From a virus (taxonomy: Duplodnaviria; Caudoviricetes), in the IMG/VR virus record IMGVR_UViG_3300030329_003801, positions 1-61,846 of that record: DNA of 61,846 nt; one strand, 5' to 3'. The notes below the pieces were generated by a model. That model searched no databases. It was not told the origin of the DNA and saw only the letters and a program-made list of their open reading frames with translations. Within the stretch, counting starts at the first letter, position 1, and every line of letters starts with the position of its first letter. Of this stretch, positions 30,890 to 39,021 are shown piece after piece. The translations under genes and the position numbers were made by a program.

Positions 30890-31176
30890 AACAGAATGCC
30901 AAATACGATTTAAGACTAGGTTGGGTTATGAAAGAAGAAAAAAAAATAGACTTGGTTAATCATCCTCCTCATTACAAATATGGTAATATGGAGATATTAG
31001 ACATCATTAAAGAAAAATCAAAGAATACACATATGAACCATTATGAGTTTGGCATATGGGGTCAAATGATCCAATATCTTTTTAGGTTTGATTTAAAAGG
31101 AAGTTGGATAACAGATTTAAAAAAAGCAAGATTTTATCTAGATGCCCTTATCAGAGAAGAAGAAAATAAAAAATAA
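30865..31176 (+). CDS. DUF3310 family (T7 gp1.7-like nucleotide kinase)
   Basis: DLVNHPPHY..EILDII..QYLFR..KG...DLKKARFYL; true start may be downstream. Confidence 0.8.
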   Translation: MGQKSSSMKQNAKYDLRLGWVMKEEKKIDLVNHPPHYKYGNMEILDIIKEKSKNTHMNHYEFGIWGQMIQYLFRFDLKGSWITDLKKARFYLDALIREEENKK

Positions 31177-31330
31177 TACTGATGTTTCTGGTTGGGATGA
31201 ACTAGTTCAAAATCTTAACGCAAGATTAAAATTAGAAAAAGTGAAAGTGAAAGTTAATAAAAATGGAAATAAGTCAAGACGTAGAATACATGGCAAGAAC
31301 CCTGTGGGGCGAAGCCAGAGGAGAAGGTAA
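31142..31330 (+). CDS. Hypothetical protein
   Basis: Only ORF covering the 31176-31263 gap; overlaps both neighbours. Confidence 0.35.
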   Translation: MPLSEKKKIKNNTDVSGWDELVQNLNARLKLEKVKVKVNKNGNKSRRRIHGKNPVGRSQRRR

Positions 31331-31667
31331 AGATGGACAGATTGCTGTCGGTCATGTTATTAAAAATAGAGCAGAAAAGAAAACATGGTATGGTAAAACT
31401 ATAATGGATGTTTGTCTTAAAAAGTGGCAATTCTCTTGTTGGAATGAAAATGATCCCAACAGAGAAAAGATACTTGCTCTGTCTTTAGATGACTTGCAAG
31501 ATCAAATAGAGATTGCAGCAGGTGTAATTAGTGGTCAGTACATCGATACTACAGAAGGAAGTACACACTATTATGCCAATTCAATGCCGAAACCACCTAA
31601 GTGGGCTGTCGGCAAAGAACCAGTAATGGTGATGGGTAATCATTATTTTTTTAATAATATTGAATAG
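31263..31667 (+). CDS. Cell wall hydrolase, SleB/Hydrolase_2 family (endolysin candidate)
   Basis: MARTLWGEARGE..GQIAVG.VI.NR..QFSCWN..G.THYYA..P.WA..GNHYF. Confidence 0.9.
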   Translation: MEISQDVEYMARTLWGEARGEGKDGQIAVGHVIKNRAEKKTWYGKTIMDVCLKKWQFSCWNENDPNREKILALSLDDLQDQIEIAAGVISGQYIDTTEGSTHYYANSMPKPPKWAVGKEPVMVMGNHYFFNNIE

Positions 31668-31675
31668 GAGGTAAT

Positions 31676-31813
31676 ATGAAACTCATTAAAGATTTGTGGG
31701 CACACTTAAAAGAATGGTCAGATTGGTCTATGAAAGATTGGATCAAGGCTGGTATTGTTTGTGTTGTTGTTTTATTTGTCATTTACAAAATGACAGGTGG
31801 AGGAGCAGCGTAG
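31676..31813 (+). CDS. Small membrane protein (45 aa)
   Basis: MKLIKDLWAHLKEWSDWSMKDWIKAGIVCVVVLFVIYKMTGGGAA*; AGGAGG RBS. Confidence 0.7.
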   Translation: MKLIKDLWAHLKEWSDWSMKDWIKAGIVCVVVLFVIYKMTGGGAA

Positions 31814-31816
31814 CCC

Positions 31817-32209
31817 ATGTTAAATTTATTAATTAAACCCTTGCTCGGCGTTGCCGGGCAAGCGGTATCTGGCTTCGTAGAAACAAAGAAAGCGAAAGCT
31901 CAATTGAAACTTACGGAAGTTCAAGCAGCAACTAAGTTAAAACAAGACCAAATAGCCGGTAAAATTTCTTGGGAAGCATCAGCCGTAGACCAAATGAAAG
32001 GGTCGTGGAAAGATGAGCTAATTTTAATTTGTCTTTTGGCTCCAGCGACACTCGTATTTTTTCCCGGAATGACAGAACATATTGAAAAAGGGTTTGTAGC
32101 CCTGCAGTCACTCCCGGATTATTATAAACACCTTTTATATATTGCGTGCTCAGCAAGCTTTGGCATCAAGGCCGGAAAAGGTGCAATGGGATTGATTAAG
32201 AAAAAATGA
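31817..32209 (+). CDS. Holin-like 3TM protein
   Basis: SWKDE followed by TM segments, GF.AL..LP.YY..L..A.SASFGIK. Confidence 0.65.
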   Translation: MLNLLIKPLLGVAGQAVSGFVETKKAKAQLKLTEVQAATKLKQDQIAGKISWEASAVDQMKGSWKDELILICLLAPATLVFFPGMTEHIEKGFVALQSLPDYYKHLLYIACSASFGIKAGKGAMGLIKKK

Positions 32210-32433
32210 TTACACCACAAAGATTAACAGCGTGGAGAATATTTCCACGTTTATTAATTACACTCTATGGGTTTTCTTTTTACAGAACAACTGAATGGTT
32301 TATGGCTCTACCAGACCCAACGAATGCACAATCAGCTTTTGTATCTGTTATTGTAGGTGCAGGTGCTGCATGGTTTGGTTTATATGTAGGAGGTACTAGG
32401 AATACTAAAGTTGAAAACAAAGAAACAAATTAG
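32206..32433 (+). CDS. Two-TM holin-like protein
   Basis: WRIFPRLL..WFMALPDPT.AQSAFVS.IVGA..AWFGLY. Confidence 0.65.
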   Translation: MITPQRLTAWRIFPRLLITLYGFSFYRTTEWFMALPDPTNAQSAFVSVIVGAGAAWFGLYVGGTRNTKVENKETN

Positions 32434-32446
32434 AACGGAGTAAAAA

Positions 32447-32692
32447 ATGTCACCTGTATTTGTAGAAATGATTTACATGTTGCCTGAACACAGTCAGCTT
32501 GTTCAAGTAATGATGTTTAAAATAAATGATGAAGCACCTGAGTTTCGCAAATCACAGGAATTTGTTGACAATTTAAAGTCTTCTATTCATGGTAAAATAC
32601 TTAACTATAGAATAATAACACAAGAGAATTTTGAAAATCAAAGTTATAAAGATTTGTTTGAAGAGGATTTAGAAAAAATTACTGTTCATTAA
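32447..32692 (+). CDS. Hypothetical protein
   Basis: GGAG RBS; resembles Usg-like peptides (IY.LP.H..L.Q.F......P.F...F..I.G.I). Confidence 0.6.
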   Translation: MSPVFVEMIYMLPEHSQLVQVMMFKINDEAPEFRKSQEFVDNLKSSIHGKILNYRIITQENFENQSYKDLFEEDLEKITVH

Positions 32693-32697
32693 TAGAT

Positions 32698-32871
32698 ATG
32701 GCTAAAAAGAAAAAAGAAAAAGTTAAGGAAGAAAAATATTATTCTCAGTGGTATTGGGGGCGAGACTGGTTAAACAATAAAGTTAAAAATTGGTACTATG
32801 GGCCTAGATTAGATTGGATGTATCTTAGAAATAAAAATAAAGAAAAAGATGCTAAAAAGAATACACGTTAA
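32698..32871 (+). CDS. Small Trp/Tyr-rich hypothetical protein (57 aa)
   Basis: MAKKKKEKVKEEKYYSQWYWGRDWLNNKVKNWYYGPRLDWMY...*. Confidence 0.55.
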   Translation: MAKKKKEKVKEEKYYSQWYWGRDWLNNKVKNWYYGPRLDWMYLRNKNKEKDAKKNTR

Positions 32872-33115
32872 TCAACATAATATAAGGTACAATAAAAAAC
32901 ATGGAACAAATAAACCTGTTATTACTGTTAAAACTTCAAAGTCAAATGATTACGGACACGAAGTTAACATCAAAGGTGAAAGTAGGGTAATTTATAGTCC
33001 TGATAAGCCACTATCGTGTGGAGCAAAGGTTTGGATTGAAACTAAAGCAGAAGTCAAAGTTGTTAACAAAGAGAATAGAAAAGAAAAAACACTCGGTCAT
33101 ATCTCTTTGGGATAA
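32849..33115 (+). CDS. Conserved phage hypothetical protein
   Basis: IHVNQH.IR.N.K.G...PVITVK..Y.HEV.I.G.S...YSPDKPLSCGA.VWIET. Confidence 0.7.
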   Translation: MLKRIHVNQHNIRYNKKHGTNKPVITVKTSKSNDYGHEVNIKGESRVIYSPDKPLSCGAKVWIETKAEVKVVNKENRKEKTLGHISLG

Positions 33116-33338
33116 AACATCTAAATTAGCACAAGATGAAGGAAAAATTCCTGTCGTAGCTTTGTGCCAAAAACATCGCAAGGGATTTTGGATTGTTGTA
33201 AAAGATAATGATCTAAATAAATTGCATCAAATAATGGAGAAAGATAATGCCAAAAGTTGGAAAGAAAAAGTTTCCATATACGAAGAAGGGAAAGAAAGAA
33301 GCCAAGAAGTATGCGAAAAAAAAGAAAAAGAAAGTTAA
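33018..33338 (+). CDS. Hypothetical protein, possibly C-terminal part of a resolvase-like nuclease
   Basis: KKHSVISLWD..A..EGKIPVVALCQK.RKGFWIVV; start uncertain. Confidence 0.45.
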   Translation: MEQRFGLKLKQKSKLLTKRIEKKKHSVISLWDKTSKLAQDEGKIPVVALCQKHRKGFWIVVKDNDLNKLHQIMEKDNAKSWKEKVSIYEEGKERSQEVCEKKEKES

Positions 33339-33357
33339 AAGTAAAAAAGGATACTAA
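33247..33357 (+). CDS. Lys-rich micropeptide (36 aa)
   Basis: MPKVGKKKFPYTKKGKKEAKKYAKKKKKKVKSKKGY*; GGAG RBS. Confidence 0.7.
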   Translation: MPKVGKKKFPYTKKGKKEAKKYAKKKKKKVKSKKGY

Positions 33358-33521
33358 TGTCAAGAAGAAGAAAACCGTCAAGGGCTTCATCTAGAAGAAG
33401 AGTTAAAGTGGAAGAAGGAAAAGCTATGCGTACACCTTTGTCTTCAAGAAAGATTAGTGACATTGTTAAAGATATTAAGAAACTTAAAAAGAAAAAGAAA
33501 AAGAAAAGAGGGAAAAAATAA
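33357..33521 (+). CDS. Arg/Lys-rich small protein (54 aa)
   Basis: MSRRRKPSRASSRRR...KKKKKKKRGKK*; TAATG overlaps at both ends. Confidence 0.65.
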   Translation: MSRRRKPSRASSRRRVKVEEGKAMRTPLSSRKISDIVKDIKKLKKKKKKKRGKK

Positions 33522-35023
33522 TGAAAAACTATCTAGGAAAAACAGAGCAAGTTAAAGCACCACGCAATTGGAAGTCATCTCCTGATTCACCAGAGACACA
33601 ACTTGCCTATGTAACACAACAAGAAATAGACATGCTCGTAAAAGCAAATATTCATGGGTCTATGCAAGGTAAACCTAACATAGGGCCAAAAGGTATTATT
33701 AGTTTAGATGGCACAGGTGGTTCTATTACAACAAAAAAGAAAACGACAACAAAAAAGAAAACGACAACAGCAGGAACTGGTGGTGGATGGGGTTATTTTG
33801 ATAGTTTAGCTGGTGCTTCTAATCCAAATAATTCAGAAAAAAAACGAAAAGAATTGGAACAACGAGCCAACTCTATTGCTAATAGTCAGGGCTGGGATAC
33901 AGGTAAAGATAGTGCACATCAACAAGCAGTTAATAATGCACAAACAATTTATGGTGGTGGAACAACAGAAAAAGGTTTTAAATGGGGAACTACTACGGGT
34001 GATGGAGATGATGGAACTGCTGATGATGGTGAAACTGTTGTAACTGAAGATAAAATAGAAAATTACAATATTCCCGGAGTTGGAGATGTAAGTAAAAGAT
34101 TATATAATCTTTATCAAACATTGGTTAAAGCATATGGTCAAGCTAAAGCCAAACAAATTATTCAATTAGGAAAAACTGAAGACGATTGGGCTGATAAAAA
34201 TCTTGAAACTCTAACAGAAAAAATTTCTAAAGGAGGTCTTGAAGATTTTAGTCTTCTAGGATTGGCTTCGAATGTATTAAAAAAAGCACCATATGAAAAT
34301 GAATTTCTTGGTTCAGCAGGAGCGGCAAATATACTTAATAAGTTAGAATCAATAACTGATCCAGAAGAAAAACAAGAATATGTTAATAGAATAATTTCAG
34401 CTAATAAAGGTGCTGAACAAATGTTTGGCCCAGATCTTAAAAAAGGTATTACCCCAGACCAATTTGAAAAAATTTTGGTTCAATCAAATCAGGGTAACAA
34501 AAATTTTGACAAGAATTATTACAAAACAAAAGAAGATTACTGGACTATTAATCCACCTCGTACTCGAGGTGATTTAGAACAAGCGGCAGCAGACGGAGTT
34601 ACATGGATACCGGGATTTGGCCCTGTTGAAAGACCAGATCGTGGTGGTAATCAACAAGGTGGTGGTGGTGGTGGTAGTGGTAGTGGTGTTGGTGATCCTA
34701 CTGATTCTACTGATCCTACTGATCCGGGTAGTGGAATGATGCCATCTGGTACATATCTTGCAACACAATTTAATAAAAATCTAGGTCTTACAGGAATAGA
34801 TCCATATCAAAATCAACTATATACGGGTGGGCCAGAACAAAATTATATTGCTGGTGGATATTGGAATCCAAGTGAAAATAAGTTTCTTAGCTCTCCTTGG
34901 GGAACTCAAGACCTCTGGCAAGGAGCAATGCCTATGCAAGAAGGTGGGCCAGTAAGAGCTCCATCATCAAAAGTTACAAATGGTGGTGGTGGATTATTTA
35001 ACTTTAAGGCATATGGATTCTAA
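33521..35023 (+). CDS. Putative internal virion protein, Gly-rich
   Basis: N-terminal P..W.SSPD.P.T.LAYVT..E..ML....GP.GI.SL domain; internal tandem repeats; C-terminal MQEGGPV. Confidence 0.7.
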   Translation: MKNYLGKTEQVKAPRNWKSSPDSPETQLAYVTQQEIDMLVKANIHGSMQGKPNIGPKGIISLDGTGGSITTKKKTTTKKKTTTAGTGGGWGYFDSLAGASNPNNSEKKRKELEQRANSIANSQGWDTGKDSAHQQAVNNAQTIYGGGTTEKGFKWGTTTGDGDDGTADDGETVVTEDKIENYNIPGVGDVSKRLYNLYQTLVKAYGQAKAKQIIQLGKTEDDWADKNLETLTEKISKGGLEDFSLLGLASNVLKKAPYENEFLGSAGAANILNKLESITDPEEKQEYVNRIISANKGAEQMFGPDLKKGITPDQFEKILVQSNQGNKNFDKNYYKTKEDYWTINPPRTRGDLEQAAADGVTWIPGFGPVERPDRGGNQQGGGGGGSGSGVGDPTDSTDPTDPGSGMMPSGTYLATQFNKNLGLTGIDPYQNQLYTGGPEQNYIAGGYWNPSENKFLSSPWGTQDLWQGAMPMQEGGPVRAPSSKVTNGGGGLFNFKAYGF

Positions 35024-35127
35024 TGGCTATTACAAGATCAAGTATTCCAACCTTAATAAAAAGAAAACCGAGTGGTAAAGAAAAGAAAAGAAAAAAGAAA
35101 AGAAAAAAGCGTACCCGAAAAAGTTAA
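35023..35127 (+). CDS. Basic micropeptide (34 aa)
   Basis: MAITRSSIPTLIKRKPSGKEKKRKKKRKKRTRKS*; TAATG overlap. Confidence 0.55.
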   Translation: MAITRSSIPTLIKRKPSGKEKKRKKKRKKRTRKS

Positions 35128-35443
35128 AATCGGATATCAAGATGTTCTTATTGAGTGGTCATCGGCTAGTTTTTCTAGGCCGTCTGATTCCTATGGAGAA
35201 TATGACCATCGTAAAAATACTATTTCCATTCAGGACGAACTTTCTAATTTGGATGAAGCAAATACATTACTCCATGAAATACTACATGGAATTGTGTACA
35301 TTAATTCTTTAACTGTTGGAGGGCAGCCATTAGATAAAGAAGATAAAGAAGAGATTGTCATTAACCAAATAACCAATGGTTTAATGCAAGTATTTAGGGA
35401 TAACAAATGGTTATTAGATTTCTTAAAGGAGAAAATCAAATGA
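35072..35443 (+). CDS. HExxH zincin-like metallopeptidase domain protein
   Basis: YGEYD..KNTISI..NTLLHEILHGI..EE.V.N.I.NGL.QVFRDN. Confidence 0.7.
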   Translation: MVKKRKEKRKEKSVPEKVKIGYQDVLIEWSSASFSRPSDSYGEYDHRKNTISIQDELSNLDEANTLLHEILHGIVYINSLTVGGQPLDKEDKEEIVINQITNGLMQVFRDNKWLLDFLKEKIK

Positions 35444-35574
35444 GAAAAATATCGGAGGAACAACTCCAACAAATAATTAGTTATCTTTCTAAACAACCTT
35501 ACATGGAAGTTTTTAGATTAATGCAAATGTTACTTAATCTACCTAAGGAAGAAACAAAAAATACTAAACAATAG
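35440..35574 (+). CDS. Small hypothetical protein (44 aa)
   Basis: MRKISEEQLQQIISYLSKQPYMEVFRLMQMLLNLPKE...*; AAGGAG RBS, ATGA overlap. Confidence 0.7.
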   Translation: MRKISEEQLQQIISYLSKQPYMEVFRLMQMLLNLPKEETKNTKQ

Positions 35575-35607
35575 ATCGTCACCTTTGTGGTGGCGGTCTT
35601 TTTTTTT
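35574..35607 (+). terminator. Intrinsic terminator ending the rightward late operon
   Basis: GATCGTCACC-TTTGT-GGTGGCGGTC stem followed by T9. Confidence 0.8.
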
Positions 35608-35686
35608 GGCTAAACACGAGTTTGGTTGGAAAGCTCTAAACCCAAATTTAAAATCAAAAGAGAGCTGGGGCGGTAGGCGGGAAAAC

Positions 35687-35719
35687 AAAAGGGGCGTATT
35701 TTGCGGTACGCCCCTTTTT
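35687..35719. terminator. Bidirectional intrinsic terminator
   Basis: AAAAGGGGCGTA-loop-TACGCCCCTTTT between convergent operons. Confidence 0.8.
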
Positions 35720-35854
35720 ACAAGGAAATATAAACGACAGGCAATTCAATAATGAAACAAATAATAGTGGAAAGAAAGCAAGCCCATAAAAGCCACCACC
35801 ATTATTCTACATTATCGTTTCCCAATGGAGATCATTACCCAAGACCTCCTACCA

Positions 35855-36097
35855 TCATGGCTTCTGGGCAACTGGTAATTCATTTATCGGTATAATATGT
35901 AAATTAGTTCCTTTCCAGTTTTCTTTTGGAAATTTACTGGCAAAATCTTTTGTTACAAGATACTTATCTGGCCAAACTCTATTTCCATGTTGATCTTTAT
36001 AAGTGATTGATACAAGCAAATCTTCTTTCAATCTATAATCTGCTATGCCAATGCTACGATTGTACCAAATTGGCTTTGATATGTTGTATTCTCTCAT
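35855..36097 (-). CDS. Hypothetical protein
   Basis: I.KPIW..RSIGIA.YR..I.ITYKD..G.R.WP..Y; AAGG RBS. Confidence 0.7.
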   Translation of the reverse strand: MREYNISKPIWYNRSIGIADYRLKEDLLVSITYKDQHGNRVWPDKYLVTKDFASKFPKENWKGTNLHIIPINELPVAQKP

Positions 36098-36221
36098 TTT
36101 TTACCTTTCTTTTGAAATGATTTCATAAAAAAACTCTCTAATTTAGCTCTCAGAACAAAAAAGTAGAGTCCCTTATACGATTGGTCATGTCCTATACAAA
36201 ACCTACTGTATCAATCATTTT

Positions 36222-36803
36222 TCAATGTTTATCCTCGTATCCTTTAGCATTAGGGTTAGAATAGTAATCTTTTCTAACCGAACTCAAAAAATCCTCATTA
36301 CTAGTCTCTTTTTTTATATTTTCTCTATTAGCATCAATTTCAGTCCTCTCACTTGCAGAAGTAATGTTCTTACTAACATCTTTTGCATCGGTAAAAACAA
36401 CAGGGTTAGCTGGTTTGGTAGGTGGAGCATTACTCGTCTCTTCTTTTCTTAATCTATCCTGTTCTTCTTCTGCTTTTCTTTCCTTATTCCTATGTCCATT
36501 TGTTATTAACTCATAAAAATCTTTATTGGTTAATTGAATGTGTTGTTTATCATCATAAACAATAACCCAAGTTCTTATGTGACTACCAGATGTTGTCGTT
36601 AAATCCCACTTCTTAAAAGAATGAACATTTTTTGTTGGTGATGTACCTGCTGTTAAGTATTCAAGCATTTGAATCTTTCCAAGAATTCTTTCATCTCCAT
36701 TATGATTAAAGTGTAAAGTCCACAACACATCTTCGTTAATGTTTGTTTCTGGATTTATTCCTCCATCACTAATTTGATCTATATTTACAATCGTTTTACT
36801 CAT
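36222..36803 (-). CDS. Hypothetical protein
   Basis: 193-aa ORF in operon, overlaps upstream gene. Confidence 0.7.
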   Translation of the reverse strand: MSKTIVNIDQISDGGINPETNINEDVLWTLHFNHNGDERILGKIQMLEYLTAGTSPTKNVHSFKKWDLTTTSGSHIRTWVIVYDDKQHIQLTNKDFYELITNGHRNKERKAEEEQDRLRKEETSNAPPTKPANPVVFTDAKDVSKNITSASERTEIDANRENIKKETSNEDFLSSVRKDYYSNPNAKGYEDKH

Positions 36804-37083
36804 ACAAGTTCCTTATTTCTTCTTTAATTTTTTTACAGTCGGCAAAATCTTTTTCACCAAGACTTTTTCTGTAGTAATCTACCGAAGGTCTTTTTCGATT
36901 AACAATTTTTGCTATTTCTTCCTGTTTTAAATTTGTTAATTCAATCAAGAGAAGAACAATTTTCTTTCGTAAATTAACTTCTTCTTTATTTCTTCTTTCT
37001 TTAGATGTAACAACCCATCTAGGAACATTAAAACGAGAACAACAATACTCTAAAACAATTTCTGGATCTAAAGGTCTGTTCAT
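36796..37083 (-). CDS. DnaA domain IV-like (Bac_DnaA_C) HTH protein
   Basis: I...C..FNV....TSK.R.....R.....L..ELT.L...EIA....R...SV.Y. Confidence 0.65.
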   Translation of the reverse strand: MNRPLDPEIVLEYCCSRFNVPRWVVTSKERRNKEEVNLRKKIVLLLIELTNLKQEEIAKIVNRKRPSVDYYRKSLGEKDFADCKKIKEEIRNLYE

Positions 37084-37175
37084 AACAAAACTGATAAAAA
37101 AGCTAGAGCAGGAGTAACTAAAACAAAAATTATAATTGAGATCATTATCATATATGTAATTAAATCTATATTCAT
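37080..37175 (-). CDS. Single-TM micropeptide (31 aa)
   Basis: MNIDLITYMIMISIIIFVLVTPALAFLSVLL*; overlaps stop/start of both neighbours. Confidence 0.6.
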   Translation of the reverse strand: MNIDLITYMIMISIIIFVLVTPALAFLSVLL

Positions 37176-37399
37176 TAGTTTAACCTTTCTTTTATATCGT
37201 TATATGCTCCTCTTAAATGATCTTCTGCTTTATTAAAAAGAAACAAAACACCTTGTGGGCCACTTTCCTCTATTCTTAATCTGGATTCATCCCAATATTT
37301 TTGTTTAAAAGAAATAGTTTTTTTATCATCATCAATAGTTGCTTTACCTTCTTTTACTATATTAACAATAGTGTTAATAAATTTTTCTCTTCCTGACAT
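37175..37399 (-). CDS. Hypothetical protein
   Basis: AAGGAG RBS, in operon. Confidence 0.7.
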   Translation of the reverse strand: MSGREKFINTIVNIVKEGKATIDDDKKTISFKQKYWDESRLRIEESGPQGVLFLFNKAEDHLRGAYNDIKERLN

Positions 37400-37412
37400 T
37401 TCTACTCCTTTT

Positions 37413-37808
37413 CTACAGTTGACCTGATAACTGCATTTCCGTTCTTAAATTTGCTCCTTTTGAGCGAAGTAATTGTATCCAATTACAAAATGAATCATAG
37501 TCTATTTTTGCCTTCAAATATTCTTTTCTAGCAGGACTAAGTTGATCTTTAATAAATGTTGTGCTGTACTCTTGACTTGCATTAGCTCTTATCTCGCTTT
37601 CTCCTACTCCTTTTCCCCCATCCAGAAATTCCGTAGATTTTCCGTCTCTCGTTGGTTTCTTTAAGTCTATTAGATCCTCGTATTTTGACTGTGCTTCTAT
37701 GAGAACGTACCCTAGTTCTCTTTGTCGGTGAATTATCTTGTTGGGATCGAATTGTAATATCTCCCAATCCTCCTTTATGGGCATTCCAATATCTTTTTGC
37801 TCTGCCAT
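37413..37808 (-). CDS. Helical recombination-associated protein (UvsY-like fold possible)
   Basis: AAGGAGG RBS; E.RA.AS.EY..A..EY..AK...W..L.RS..AN.R.E pattern. Confidence 0.65.
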   Translation of the reverse strand: MAEQKDIGMPIKEDWEILQFDPNKIIHRQRELGYVLIEAQSKYEDLIDLKKPTRDGKSTEFLDGGKGVGESEIRANASQEYSTTFIKDQLSPARKEYLKAKIDYDSFCNWIQLLRSKGANLRTEMQLSGQL

Positions 37809-38049
37809 AGGGATCTACCTCCTTGTTAATTTCCCAGAATTTTTTTTCAGTAATTCTGTGCAACTCTGAGTGATGAAAAACACAGAGTGGCACAGTAAAT
37901 TGATCACCCACCTTGAGCGACATCGCTTGTGGTTGTGATAGCGTAAGATGATGTGCTTGGACATCACTTCTTCCACAAATGAGACATGGCTGTTCAGAAA
38001 TTCTTCGTAAGTGTTGTTCTGATCTGTATCTCGGTTCATCACTTCTCAA
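37582..38049 (-). CDS. DUF968/Ref-like HNH-fold nuclease
   Basis: RSEQHL..I..QPCLICG...QAHHL..KVGDQFTVPLC..HH.ELH; C-terminal ~65 aa overlaps next gene. Confidence 0.75.
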   Translation of the reverse strand: MRSDEPRYRSEQHLRRISEQPCLICGRSDVQAHHLTLSQPQAMSLKVGDQFTVPLCVFHHSELHRITEKKFWEINKEVDPYGRAKRYWNAHKGGLGDITIRSQQDNSPTKRTRVRSHRSTVKIRGSNRLKETNERRKIYGISGWGKRSRRKRDKS

Positions 38050-38294
38050 AATGGAATATCTGGTTCTTCTTCTGAAGATCTATTACTATTAAAACCAGAA
38101 GTTTTTTCTTGAGGTGTTGTAATTTTAAGAGAAACCATAGGAGAGCCATCCTTTGTTTTTCCACCCCACAACGCACCATTGTAAACACCAGCAGGAATAG
38201 TCTGCTCTATCGTAATTTTATTATTTGTATAGCTAGGGTGCTTTTCATCCTTTTTATAATCGTTTTTAAATAGATTTATTTTAACTTCAACCAT
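38046..38294 (-). CDS. Single-stranded DNA-binding protein-like
   Basis: LFKN..K...KHP.Y..W...TK.G...SLKI; acidic C-terminal EEEPDIPF tail. Confidence 0.7.
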   Translation of the reverse strand: MVEVKINLFKNDYKKDEKHPSYTNNKITIEQTIPAGVYNGALWGGKTKDGSPMVSLKITTPQEKTSGFNSNRSSEEEPDIPF

Positions 38295-39021
38295 CTACTG
38301 TTTTCCTCCATGCTCTGACATTATTCTCAACATCTTTTCTGAACCTTTCAGATAATCCATTGACAAAATTTACATTATCTTTGACGAGTTTGTCAATATC
38401 GTCATTTGATTTTAATTTTCTTAATTCTGATAGAAAATTATTAACTTTTTCAACTTCTGATCCTCCGTTTTCTTGACCTCCAACCACTTTAAGATTAGTA
38501 TTTTTCTTACTATTTGATTGAAATTTTAAAGTATCATCAAAATTGTGTGCAGGTAAACCATCTGCATCTGGAGAAGCAACCATATCTTTATCTTCTCCTG
38601 TCGGTATCATAAACAATCCTCTTAAAAACTGTTTTAAAGCATAGGATTGTGCTGTGCCGTAGGCTTGAGCTCCACGAGGATCAACTCGTATTGTTCTTCG
38701 TAGTGGGTGTGCCCACATCTTGCCAGATTTGTGGACAAGAATAAAATTAAAGACAATAATCAATGATTTATTATCAACTTTCTCATCAATCTCATCCATC
38801 ATTATAGTTAGTCCAGCTTCAGCCAATACCTTACCATAAACTTCTAGGAAATCATCAATACCTGCAAAGTTATAGTTTGCAAATTCATTTCGATTTCCTT
38901 TATAAAGTTTAACTGCCCCACTTGATACCTCATTGAGAGCATTAGCAATCTCTGGTGGCATGGGTGGAAGAGAGGGTAAGATACTGTTCTCTGGAACTTG
39001 GACATATTTAATATCGTTCAT
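38287..39021 (-). CDS. erf: ERF family single-strand annealing recombinase
   Basis: N.FANYNFA.IDD..LVHKSG..AQAYG.A.SYALKQFLRGLF.IPTGED..D.D; start at TAATG overlap with GGAGG RBS. Confidence 0.85.
   Translation of the reverse strand: MNDIKYVQVPENSILPSLPPMPPEIANALNEVSSGAVKLYKGNRNEFANYNFAGIDDFLEVYGKVLAEAGLTIMMDEIDEKVDNKSLIIVFNFILVHKSGKMWAHPLRRTIRVDPRGAQAYGTAQSYALKQFLRGLFMIPTGEDKDMVASPDADGLPAHNFDDTLKFQSNSKKNTNLKVVGGQENGGSEVEKVNNFLSELRKLKSNDDIDKLVKDNVNFVNGLSERFRKDVENNVRAWRKTVDG

Noticed and set aside
33301-33360. Suspected frameshift in the A-run of the Lys-rich peptide
   Set aside because: Recount gives an intact frame ending KKGY*
33728-34730. Tandem repeats in ORF 33521 (18-mer x2, GGT runs, GATCCTACT units) and EExRIA repeats at 4340-4440
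   Set aside because: Ordinary in-frame low-complexity coding repeats
37815-38042. 75-aa third-frame ORF over DUF968
   Set aside because: Wholly inside a motif-rich gene, with no recognisable features
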